Below are positions 42,288 through 51,227 of a stretch of DNA of 64,000 bases, one piece after another; position 1 is the first letter of the stretch, and every line of letters begins with the position of its first letter. Location of the stretch: contig CAWEXO010000012.1 in the NCBI GenBank assembly GCA_963813025.1, forward strand, positions 113,794 through 177,793, in the 5' to 3' direction. The translations under genes were made by a program, and so were the position numbers. The DNA comes from an uncultured Verrucomicrobiae bacterium (GTDB lineage Bacteria; Verrucomicrobiota; Verrucomicrobiia; Chthoniobacterales; JAFAMB01). A model generated the notes under the pieces. It ran no database searches. It was not told the DNA's origin and saw only the letters and a list, made by a program, of their open reading frames with translations.

Positions 42288-43278
42288 TCAAGACTTCGGC
42301 AGAAGATCGGCAACCAAGGCTCGTTCTTCGTTCAATTCTTTCACACTGGCGCCGATGCGTTCCTGGCTGAACTCATTGATCTCGAGCCCTTGGACAATCT
42401 CCGATCGGTCGCCCGCGATGCGAACGGGAAAGGAACTGATCAAGCCGCTGATCGACCCCGTAGCTACCATCGGAACAGAGCGCAACACTAAACCATTCCT
42501 TGTTTTCCGTCGGCAAAGTCAAGGTCCGTACGGTGTCGATCGCCGCATTGGCTGCGGATGCAGCGGAAGAAGCTCCCCTCGCCTTGATGATGGCCGCACC
42601 GCGCTGTTGCACCGTGGTGATGAAAGTTTCCTTGAGCCATGAGTGGTCCTTGATGATTTCAGTCGTGGGCCTTCCGTCGATCTGCGCGTGGTAAAAATCC
42701 GGGTACTGGGTGGAGGAGTGATTTCCCCAGATGGTCATGTTCGTCACCGCGGATACATGCCTGCCCGCACGCGCCGCCAATTGTGATTTGGCGCGGTTCT
42801 CATCGAGACGAGTCATCGCGAACCACCGGTCGCGGGGGATTTCCGGTGCGTTATTCATGCCGATCAGACAGTTCGTGTTACAGGGATTGCCCACCACCAG
42901 GACACGAATGTCCGCCGCGGCGTTCCGTTGGATCGCCTGACCTTGTCCGGTAAAAATCTTGCCATTGATCCCAAGTAGATCTTTGCGCTCCATGCCTTGC
43001 TTGCGCGGAACGCTCCCGACCAGCAGCGCCCAGTTCACATTGCGGAAACCCTCGTCCAGATCGGCCGTGGCCGACGTCGTTTTCAGGAGGGGAAACGCAC
43101 AGTCTTCCAATTCCATCACGACACCTTCAAGAGCTGCCATAACCGAAGGGATCTCGACCAAACGAAGCTCAACAGGTTGATCCGGGCCAAGCATCGCGCC
43201 AGAAGCGATTCGAAACAGGAGCGAATACCCGATCTGACCGGCAGCGCCAGTGACCGCAATCTTGATGGGCGATTTCAT
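42288..43278 (-). CDS. mdh: Malate dehydrogenase with a single frameshift near 42448 (sequencing error or recent pseudogene)
   Basis: [36 protein letters not shown]-terminus GLISSFPV…ELNEER is in the adjacent frame. Confidence 0.92.
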
Positions 43279-43366
43279 AGAGGACCGTAGGTGCGGCTGC
43301 GCACTTCGACAAGAAGAGGATTTGGCAGGACCAGTGCTAGTGCCAGTGTCAGTGTCAGTGCTAGTG

Positions 43367-43744
43367 TCAGTTGGTGCGAGATCGAGAGCGCTGTAAAGAG
43401 TTGATCAAACCGTTGCACATTCGACCGATCTCCTGAGTGACTGCCAGCAGCTCGGAACAGCCCTCGTTCCCGAGGTATTTTAACCGTTCTGCGAGCAAGA
43501 GCTGAGTCTCAATTTCGAAGACTGAGACTCGGGCATGACCAACGGATTGAACGAATTCGCCTGAAGTGATTCGACCGGTTCCTTCCGCGATGTTACTCGG
43601 AACTGAGACGGCCGCTCGGCGCAACTGATTGCTTAACCCATAAATCTCCCGGTCTGGGAAAGTTGCAGTCAGCAAGTAGACTTGCTCGCAAAAATCGACG
43701 GATTTCTGCCAAACGAGTAAATCGCGGTAACCCTTTGTCCTCAT
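43367..43744 (-). CDS. Four-helix-bundle protein (23S rRNA IVS/TIGR02436-like)
   Basis: [10 protein letters not shown]…[27 protein letters not shown]. Confidence 0.92.
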   Translation of the reverse strand: MRTKGYRDLLVWQKSVDFCEQVYLLTATFPDREIYGLSNQLRRAAVSVPSNIAEGTGRITSGEFVQSVGHARVSVFEIETQLLLAERLKYLGNEGCSELLAVTQEIGRMCNGLINSLQRSRSRTN

Positions 43745-43813
43745 AACACAAGTAAGGAACGTTATCACCACCTCTTTCCACCCTGTCCAGCTCGAAAAAC
43801 GCTGGCACTGACA

Positions 43814-46789
43814 CTACCCCAACCCCACAAACCGTGCGAGGGCTGTCGAATACACCTCGACACGAGTGACTCTTTTCGCCAAACCCTGTTCCAGAACCGA
43901 TTGGTAAGCGAGCAACTGAGGAAGATAGGTTGTTCGTAGACGTCGCTCGAAGTCTTGCGTCGATTCGCTGGCGCCTCGCTGGTTTGTTTTCCAGTCTACG
44001 ATCCAGACGTCCCGTTCAGTCGTGCCAACCACCAGGTCAATCACTCCCTCAACCCACTCCGCCCCCGTGCGCGGCCAGGAGAAAGGCACCTCGACCTGAA
44101 ACCATTTCCCCGCTTGCAAAATCTCCCGGACCGCGGGACTAGCATGGAACGCTTCGGCTTCCCGACGAGCTCGACCGCCGAAAATGTCGGGAATCGCCCC
44201 AATCCATTCGAGGCGAGCTTGCTCAGTTGATGCCCAGGGATAGCCCTCCGCCCAATTATGCCACCAACGACCATAGAGGTACGCTGATGGACCGTCTTCA
44301 AACCCACTGTCATCGATGTCCTGATCATCAACCAGAGTATGGGGACGGATGACCTTCGGGACCAGCAAAGAGGTCGTGACCGCAGTGGAGAAATCGGCTT
44401 CAGGGAGCGGCAGAGCCGCGCGTTCGATCTTTTTTTCGCGTTCCCTGACAGGCGAAAACTCGTTTGGTGGGTTTTGCAGAATAACATCGAGCTGCGCATC
44501 CACGACGTGCAGAAAAGAGTTTTTTGATCGCGCGTAATGTTTGGGGGCAAAGGGCAGCGCTAAGAGGTGACGGGCCCGAGTGAGAGTGACATAGAGGATA
44601 CGCTGTTTCTGCTGAAGAGGCGCTTCCGGATCAAGAGAGATCTTCGCGTTGGGACTTCCTGAGTGCCAGATCAGGCGCACGCGTCCATCAACAGTAGCGA
44701 GGCGGGGATACGGCAGCGGACTCGTCTCGATTGGCCTGCCTAATCCGACCGGAATGACGATGTCCCACTCGAGGCCCTTCGCCGACTGGCAGGTGATCAG
44801 CTGGATCTTTTCCTCGGCTGACTCCGGAAAACGCGTAGCCTCATCCAACCCCTTGACTAACTCATCGACAAACTCCCGGAGAGACAACCGTCTTTGATCA
44901 GCTTCCAACGCGCGCTGCTGGATGAAACTAAGATCAGCCGACGGCTCGTTGATCGCGGACAATCGTTGTCTGAGTTCCGTCGCCCGTATTACCTCTTGCA
45001 AGAGTCCGGCCAGGCTCGAACCGCTTCGGTCGCTTACCTTGATTTCAAGGCGGCGCAACATCTCGCGAGCCTCCGTAAATTCCGCCGATGGAACCACCTG
45101 GCCTTCGGTGTGCCGCGCGAGCTCAACATCGGAAATTCCGAAAATCTCCCGGTAAACGCCGAACCGTTCGAAACGATCCCAAGGGTAGAGCAAGGTGTAC
45201 AGCAGCGCGATCGGCCAGGAAAAGGCGGCCCTGGTACTCCAGCTGATCTGTTGATTATAATAATTGTGCTCCAGACCTGCTCGTCGGAGGACTTGCACAC
45301 ACACATTCAACCACGCGTGTTGCGGCGCCAGAATGGCTACCTGACTCCACGAATCAATTCCGAGTCCGTCTTTGCCGGTCTGCTTCAGCCAGTGAACCAC
45401 TTGCTTTACCTCCTCCTCGAATCGCCAGGCAACACTGCCCGGTGAGCCCTCCGGCGGTCGCTCCAACGGTAAGAGGATCGCGTGCCCCTCCAAGGCTGCC
45501 GGCGCCGCCACGAGGTCCGGAAAACTTTGTCCAGCGGTCGTGCTAAAGATTTGATTGATTCCCCTGACGATCTCCCGCGCACAACGCTGGGTAACGGCTA
45601 GTTCGATCACTTCGCCGCCATGCCTTGAACGAAACGCCTCGTTGATTGCGGTGTATTGATCGACCCCAGAATGTTCATAAATTGCCTGCCTCGGATCACC
45701 GACGATACTGAACCGGCCCGGTTGCGGAGGCTCCCCGCTGCCCGGCCAGGAATCGTAGGGAGCGCCGGCCGGACGGGTAATTTCCACCAATACCTGAAAC
45801 AATTTTCCAGCAGTATCCTGAGCCTCATCTAACAACACGGAGAATGCTTCTCGACGAATTTCATCAAGCACCCCGGGTTTGCGGAGCAGTTCGCCGGCCA
45901 GGTTTACCTGGTCAGCAAAAGTTAACAGCCCCTGCGACCGGCATTGCTGACGATACCGGGCCGCCAGCGATCCGACGATATAGGCGGAAACCTCTTCGAC
46001 CCAGGCGAAAAGCGGACCCGCGGCTGCATCGAAGGCCTTCAGCAAGGAATCGCTCGTCCCGGCCGGCGCGGGCAGCGGAACGAACTCCCGCGCGGTTTCC
46101 AACGCCAAGACGGTACGCTCGACGCGTTTGATAGTGCTGAGACGGTTAGATTTTGAATTGCCGGGAACGACGCATCGCTCCAGAAATGTTAGATCGGGCA
46201 CCGGCGGCCTTTCCCGGGAAGGCCGGCGTGTGACATTCTCGGGATCAAACGTTCGCGCTAAGTCGAGAATTTCCTGCCAGGTACAAAATCGCAAGAGCTG
46301 GCGGAGGAAAGGATCGTTTTCATCCAGGCGTGACTCCTCCTGGTGACAAAACTCCGCCCAGAGAGCGTCATCCGACCGCTCTGTGGCAACGGACAATACC
46401 GGCGGCAACCCGAGCTCATTCTGGTATTGCCGCTCCAACCGAACACAGAAGCTGTGAATCGTTCCAAAGAAAGCTTGCGCGAGGCCGGCAAACATTTGCT
46501 TATCACCCGGGTGCCGATCCTGAAGAAGCCGGGCAAAAACGCGACGTTTAAACTCACTCGCGGCGCTATTCGTGTAGGTGACGACAACAAGGCGGGCTAA
46601 CCGTTCCGGATAGCGTCGGGCCATGTTAACAATGCGATCAACGACTGCCGTCGTTTTGCCTGCGCCCGCGCAGGCCAGAACCGAGAAGTTCTGATCAAGC
46701 TCCGTGACAAACCGGGTACGGCCGGCCTCGTCGGACTGCTGCGCCGGAGCTGTTTCGCTTAGTGCGTCGCCAATCATCGTTTTTATCAC
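43814..46789 (-). CDS. addA: AddA-like UvrD helicase with C-terminal nuclease
   Basis: ACAGAGKTT, VVTYTN, GTIHSFC, LDEAQD, VGDPRQAIY, SAKGLEW, LYVTLTRAR, GVIDL…VDWKT. Confidence 0.9.
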   Translation of the reverse strand: MIKTMIGDALSETAPAQQSDEAGRTRFVTELDQNFSVLACAGAGKTTAVVDRIVNMARRYPERLARLVVVTYTNSAASEFKRRVFARLLQDRHPGDKQMFAGLAQAFFGTIHSFCVRLERQYQNELGLPPVLSVATERSDDALWAEFCHQEESRLDENDPFLRQLLRFCTWQEILDLARTFDPENVTRRPSRERPPVPDLTFLERCVVPGNSKSNRLSTIKRVERTVLALETAREFVPLPAPAGTSDSLLKAFDAAAGPLFAWVEEVSAYIVGSLAARYRQQCRSQGLLTFADQVNLAGELLRKPGVLDEIRREAFSVLLDEAQDTAGKLFQVLVEITRPAGAPYDSWPGSGEPPQPGRFSIVGDPRQAIYEHSGVDQYTAINEAFRSRHGGEVIELAVTQRCAREIVRGINQIFSTTAGQSFPDLVAAPAALEGHAILLPLERPPEGSPGSVAWRFEEEVKQVVHWLKQTGKDGLGIDSWSQVAILAPQHAWLNVCVQVLRRAGLEHNYYNQQISWSTRAAFSWPIALLYTLLYPWDRFERFGVYREIFGISDVELARHTEGQVVPSAEFTEAREMLRRLEIKVSDRSGSSLAGLLQEVIRATELRQRLSAINEPSADLSFIQQRALEADQRRLSLREFVDELVKGLDEATRFPESAEEKIQLITCQSAKGLEWDIVIPVGLGRPIETSPLPYPRLATVDGRVRLIWHSGSPNAKISLDPEAPLQQKQRILYVTLTRARHLLALPFAPKHYARSKNSFLHVVDAQLDVILQNPPNEFSPVREREKKIERAALPLPEADFSTAVTTSLLVPKVIRPHTLVDDQDIDDSGFEDGPSAYLYGRWWHNWAEGYPWASTEQARLEWIGAIPDIFGGRARREAEAFHASPAVREILQAGKWFQVEVPFSWPRTGAEWVEGVIDLVVGTTERDVWIVDWKTNQRGASESTQDFERRLRTTYLPQLLAYQSVLEQGLAKRVTRVEVYSTALARFVGLG

Positions 46790-47090
46790 TATCTGGCGAT
46801 ATGTTGTTTGGGGTCAAAGGCGATTGCGCGACGGAAAGGCGGCACTGGCTTCCAGCCTGTTATTAAGGAACTATTCACAGAAGGTCACGAAGGTCGCTAA
46901 GAAGAGAATTCAGAGCTGGTCTCGCAACGATGTTATTTGCTATCGCGCCAAAAGTTCGGGCAACGGGCGTCATGGAGTGCGTCCGACTTGTCGCCGCTTT
47001 AGGATCAGCGCGGTAGCAGCAAAAGCGATCTCGCTTCATCTGAGCCTTCGGCGAAGACTCGTTCGAGCCGAACCCTGGGACATGCCAAGC

Positions 47091-47128
47091 AGATCTTTGA
47101 GATCTTTGAGATCTTTGAGATCTTTGAG
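47091..47128. repeat. Tandem repeat (AGATCTTTG)x4
   Basis: Read directly; lies just after the addB stop. Confidence 0.9.
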
Positions 47129-47138
47129 GCCTTCTGCG

Positions 47139-49931
47139 CTACGTCCGACAGGCTCGAAACCTGTGCCACCTTTCACGCTTCTGCGCGAGCATAAGCCGGT
47201 CCAATGGCAGCGTCGCAATCGGCAAATCCTCGGAGCGTTCAAATCGATTGAGAGCGTTGCCCCGGCGCCCAAAGCAGAGGGTTTCCTGGATGCGGCCAAG
47301 TTCCTCATAAGCGGCTTGGGCTTCGGCGATCTTGACATCCGGGATCGTTGACGCCTCAACCGGCGTCACGAGCTCCAGCTTAGTCTCGGCCACGCCTAAC
47401 GAATCCATCAGGCTAGCGTAACCGCAAAACTGAAGCAGGCTTCGGTTTTGCACGCTGGAGGTATTTTCGAGCATCGACGATTTGAAATCGATCACCGTTA
47501 CGACCGAGTTGGTCAGCGCCGGTCGATCGCTGATGATTAAGTCAGCTCGGCCACGCAAATACAGTTTACCCGGCGTATCCACCGAGGTCACCTGATACTC
47601 GGAGCTAAACCATTGCAGGGGATCAACGGACATATTCTGGACAATCTGTTCCGCAATCCAGACAGCCTTGTGGAGAACTGATCTCCACCAAAAGTGACTC
47701 CCGCCGGTCGCGCGTTCTTCGGCAACGGAGACCGCGGCTGATTGAATCTTTTTTTTCAATGCCGCGGTCATATCCTCGCGGCTGGTGGAGGACAGGGCGA
47801 GAGAATCCGTCAATCGGGCAAACTCCTGTGGACTGTGAAAGGCCTTCTCCAGAAGACTGTGAACAATCGTTCCCAAAGCAAACTTTTGATTGCGGGCAAA
47901 CGCTTGATCGCGTTGCATTTCGCAGCGGAAAACGCTTTTGAAAGCGAACGTGGCGGGAGTTTCGCGCACCGACTGCAGATCGGAAGGTTTCCACGCTCGT
48001 TTCGGTAGCTGCGCAGTCTCAAAGTTCAAGAAATAGGCGTCGAACGGCTGGTTCGGGTCGGTGCGATTGAGATGGATCTCCCTCAAGCGCTGAACGGCGG
48101 GCGACGGAGAGCAAGGCGCCGGCGGTTTTGGGGCGAAAGATAACAGTTTCGGTTTCAGGCTCAGGTCGCAAAAGGTGATCCAATTGCTGGGAATGAGTTT
48201 CTCGCCCTTTTCATTGGATTGATAACAGCTAAAAGCCACTCCTCGGCGAGAGTGATAAATCAGGTGCAAAACCCGCTCTTCGTAGAGCCGGCGTTCCTCG
48301 TTCGTTGTGAGAATGAGCCGGTTTTGCAATGTCTTCTTGGCGGCATCGCGTAGAATCGGATTTTCGAGCGGAGCAGGTGGCCAGCAGTCGGTGTGCGCAT
48401 CAGCGAGGACGAGGTAATCGCACGTGCAACCAAACTGCCGGCTGGCGGTAGTCACTACGACGTTCGCGTAGCGCAACACCGTTCCAGTCTGCGGAACTAG
48501 TGGCCCGGATAACAGGTCGCGGACGAACTGGAAAAATAAGAGTGCGGGTATCGCCATACCCTGCAGGAGCGAACCGACCTCGTCCCAAGGAATTCCCGAT
48601 GGCGCATCCGTCAGGTCGTACTGGTCCATCTCCTCAGGCCAGCCCAAGAGGAACGCCGTCAGTTCTCGGCGGATCTGTTGCCAGAATTCGACCAATTCAT
48701 CCCACGAACCAGTTTCCGGGGCAGCCGGAAGCGATTCGAAAAGGCGGCCGACATATTCTGGCAGCCCAGGCAAACTAACCAGGAACTTCATATCGCGGGT
48801 TTGATAGGTTTCAAAACCGCGGAAGATTTCTTCCCGGATTCGTCCAAAATGATCTGGGTTCTTCAGGCAACGGCTGAGAATGGCCAGAAAAACTTCGATA
48901 ATCCGCTGCTCGGTCAGGAATCGAGTAACCAGCCCGGTCAATTCTGCTTGCGGCGATGGCTGCACCGGTTCGCGTACATCGTCGGTCACCGCGATACGCC
49001 GTGAAGAAAGTTCCCGGATTATCGCCGGACCAGTCAGAGAGTTATCCGGGACGGCAATGACTATTTTGCTCAAACCCATGGCAAGGATTCCGGCGACATA
49101 TTCCACAATCGCCTTGACCTGGTCAGACCAAGTGACCGAGCGAATAAGCTCCGGGGTTGCAATGTCTCGAGGGCCGGCCCCATTCCACGCTTCGACAAAG
49201 AGCTCAAAAGGGCGCGGCGTCGAACCGGCCGGACAGATTTCCGGCTCCGCACCAAGCTGGGTTTCCAACAGCTCGATCCAGTCAAAATTAGGCGATTCCG
49301 CGGACAAAGGTTGATGCACCCAAATCCGCCCCTCCGTGACTCCGCGAAGTGCCGCCACCAGCAGCTCCGTTTCGTGCCGCGAGATCGCGTCAAAGCCGTA
49401 GATTCCAAGTGCGACACCTTTCTTTTGCCTCGCCAGCCGCTTCAAGTTCCGATCGGTCCTCGGCCGCCACAGATCTGATTCGACAAGTCGGGAAATCAAG
49501 GGAGAACCGGATATGCCAAGCAAGCGGAAGGCGGCTGGAGCACCAAACCCGTCCAACCAACCGGAAGCAGCCAGCTCATCCAGCGCGCTGAGCAACGCAT
49601 TTCCGCGCGGCTTTATATTTTGTGTCTGTCCGGCGGACAGAGCAGCGTCGACCAGGAGCCGAAGAGTCTCCCTGCCGAAAACCGGGCTAGGCAATCCGGC
49701 CAGCCGGGAAAGCCGCTGGCGGAGACAGCGACAACCCATGAACTGAATTCCGAAAAGGGTCAGACCGGAATGAAGCGCTTGTTCCCGGATCCAGGTTGCC
49801 TGCTGAGAGGAATTGGTGACAAACCAGGTCTGGCCGCCTGCGCAAGCAGCCAGCGAACGCCTTCGCAGCCATTCGCCCAAACCACTCTCCCAAGCGTCGC
49901 CGGCGTGACTGTAGAGGTGTAGTCGGGGCAT
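47139..49931 (-). CDS. addB: AddB-like protein with C-terminal PD-(D/E)XK nuclease
   Basis: KPSDLQ…LGTIVHSLLE…LRGRADLI…VIDFKS…QFCGY; immediately upstream of addA. Confidence 0.8.
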   Translation of the reverse strand: MPRLHLYSHAGDAWESGLGEWLRRRSLAACAGGQTWFVTNSSQQATWIREQALHSGLTLFGIQFMGCRCLRQRLSRLAGLPSPVFGRETLRLLVDAALSAGQTQNIKPRGNALLSALDELAASGWLDGFGAPAAFRLLGISGSPLISRLVESDLWRPRTDRNLKRLARQKKGVALGIYGFDAISRHETELLVAALRGVTEGRIWVHQPLSAESPNFDWIELLETQLGAEPEICPAGSTPRPFELFVEAWNGAGPRDIATPELIRSVTWSDQVKAIVEYVAGILAMGLSKIVIAVPDNSLTGPAIIRELSSRRIAVTDDVREPVQPSPQAELTGLVTRFLTEQRIIEVFLAILSRCLKNPDHFGRIREEIFRGFETYQTRDMKFLVSLPGLPEYVGRLFESLPAAPETGSWDELVEFWQQIRRELTAFLLGWPEEMDQYDLTDAPSGIPWDEVGSLLQGMAIPALLFFQFVRDLLSGPLVPQTGTVLRYANVVVTTASRQFGCTCDYLVLADAHTDCWPPAPLENPILRDAAKKTLQNRLILTTNEERRLYEERVLHLIYHSRRGVAFSCYQSNEKGEKLIPSNWITFCDLSLKPKLLSFAPKPPAPCSPSPAVQRLREIHLNRTDPNQPFDAYFLNFETAQLPKRAWKPSDLQSVRETPATFAFKSVFRCEMQRDQAFARNQKFALGTIVHSLLEKAFHSPQEFARLTDSLALSSTSREDMTAALKKKIQSAAVSVAEERATGGSHFWWRSVLHKAVWIAEQIVQNMSVDPLQWFSSEYQVTSVDTPGKLYLRGRADLIISDRPALTNSVVTVIDFKSSMLENTSSVQNRSLLQFCGYASLMDSLGVAETKLELVTPVEASTIPDVKIAEAQAAYEELGRIQETLCFGRRGNALNRFERSEDLPIATLPLDRLMLAQKRERWHRFRACRT

Positions 49932-49932
49932 T

Positions 49933-51221
49933 GGGAAGGAGTTCAGGGAAGTTCAGGGAAGTTCAGGGAAGTTCAGGGAAGTTCAAGAAGTTCAAGGAGT
50001 TCGAGGAAGTTCAGCGGCCACCTGTGATGTGCGACCTGCATGGTCCCGCCTCAGGGTCACCCAGTTCCGGGAGGACCGGGTTGAGGGTGCCCGCAATCAG
50101 AGTACGGGAGCGTGTTCGGAGGTTTGTGTGTGGGTCACAACCTGAGGTAGAAGATGGAAGTGACTAAACAAAAACGCCAAGGACAAGCAGAACAGAAGCG
50201 GGAGATCGATCCGAGCCTGATCGATGAGCTCATGAAGGGCTACGAGCGGCCCGATGATGTGGTGGGAAGTGGAGGGATCCTGGAGCAACTCATCAAACGG
50301 CTCTACGAGCGGATTTTGGGAACCGAAATGAGCCATCATTTGGGCTACCAGAAGGGCCAGGCGCCCAAGTGCGCAGAGGGGTGGTACGGGAGAACTACCG
50401 CAACGGAGCCAGCAAAAAGACCCTGCTGACCGAGGAAGGGCGAGCTGCAAATCGACATCCCACGGGAGCGCGCTGGGCAATTTGAACCTCAGTTTATCCG
50501 CAAGGGCCAGAAGCGTTTTAGCGGTTTCGAGGCGTCCAAAGCTGGCGCAGAGTCTGGAACCAAGTCGTCCCGTTCTTTGCCTATCGGGCCGAGATCCGCC
50601 GAATCATTTACTCGACCAACGCGATCGAAAGTCTGCACATGCAATTACGCAAGATACTCAAAACCCGCGGGCATTTTCCCAGCGACGAAGCGGCTAGCAA
50701 ATTGATTTAGCTTGCCTTGGGCAACATTACCAAAAGATGGAAAAATCCGCCGGTGCCCTGGAAGCTGGCCGCGCCGCAATTTGCGATCCAATTCGGCGAA
50801 CGATTTTTGGCGGCTGACGCCGCCCTGTAAGCATGAGAAAAGTGGCAAGTTGTTGCCGAGGACTTGAACAACGCCAAAGCCCGTTGCTCACAGCTCGCCC
50901 GGCGCTGGACCGACCGCCTGGAGGGCGGTCTCGCCGGCTCGAGCTGCCGTCCTCAGAACAACTTGCCCGGAGGTTAGTTAGACAGCAAAGCAACGACCCA
51001 CACACAAAAAAGCCTACACTACCCGACGGAGGCGTGTTCGGTCCTCCTCGGCCGTACTCTGATTGGGGGCACCCTCAACGTGGTCCTCCCGAACTGGGTG
51101 ACCCTGAGGCGGGACCATGCAGGTCGCACATCACAGGTGGCCGCTGAACTTCCTTGAACTTCCTCGAACTCCCCCCCTGACTCCTGAACTCCTGACTCCT
51201 GCCACCCCTGCAACTCCTGGC
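49933..51221. repeat. Long inverted repeat (about 100-bp arms plus GGAAGTTCA-type tandem tails) enclosing an IS256 relic
   Basis: 50005-50107 is the near-perfect reverse complement of 51052-51153. Confidence 0.85.
50106..51024 (+). mobile_element. Internally deleted IS256-family element
   Basis: IDELMKG…EMSHHLGY…YRNG…IDIPRER…FEPQFI then IIYSTNAIESLHMQLRK…GHFPSDEAA; end CACACAAAAAAGCCTACACTACCC. Confidence 0.8.
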
Positions 51222-51227
51222 TCACAA

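Noticed and set aside
43367..43744. Four-helix bundle as the Avd of a diversity-generating retroelement
   Set aside because: No reverse transcriptase and no template/variable repeat pair seen
46704..47351. 215-aa plus-strand ORF between addA and addB
   Set aside because: Overlaps both genes antisense and is built from REP and tandem-repeat sequence
49933..50013. Repeats as a possible CRISPR array
   Set aside because: 9-10-bp tandem units without unique spacers; no cas genes in the window
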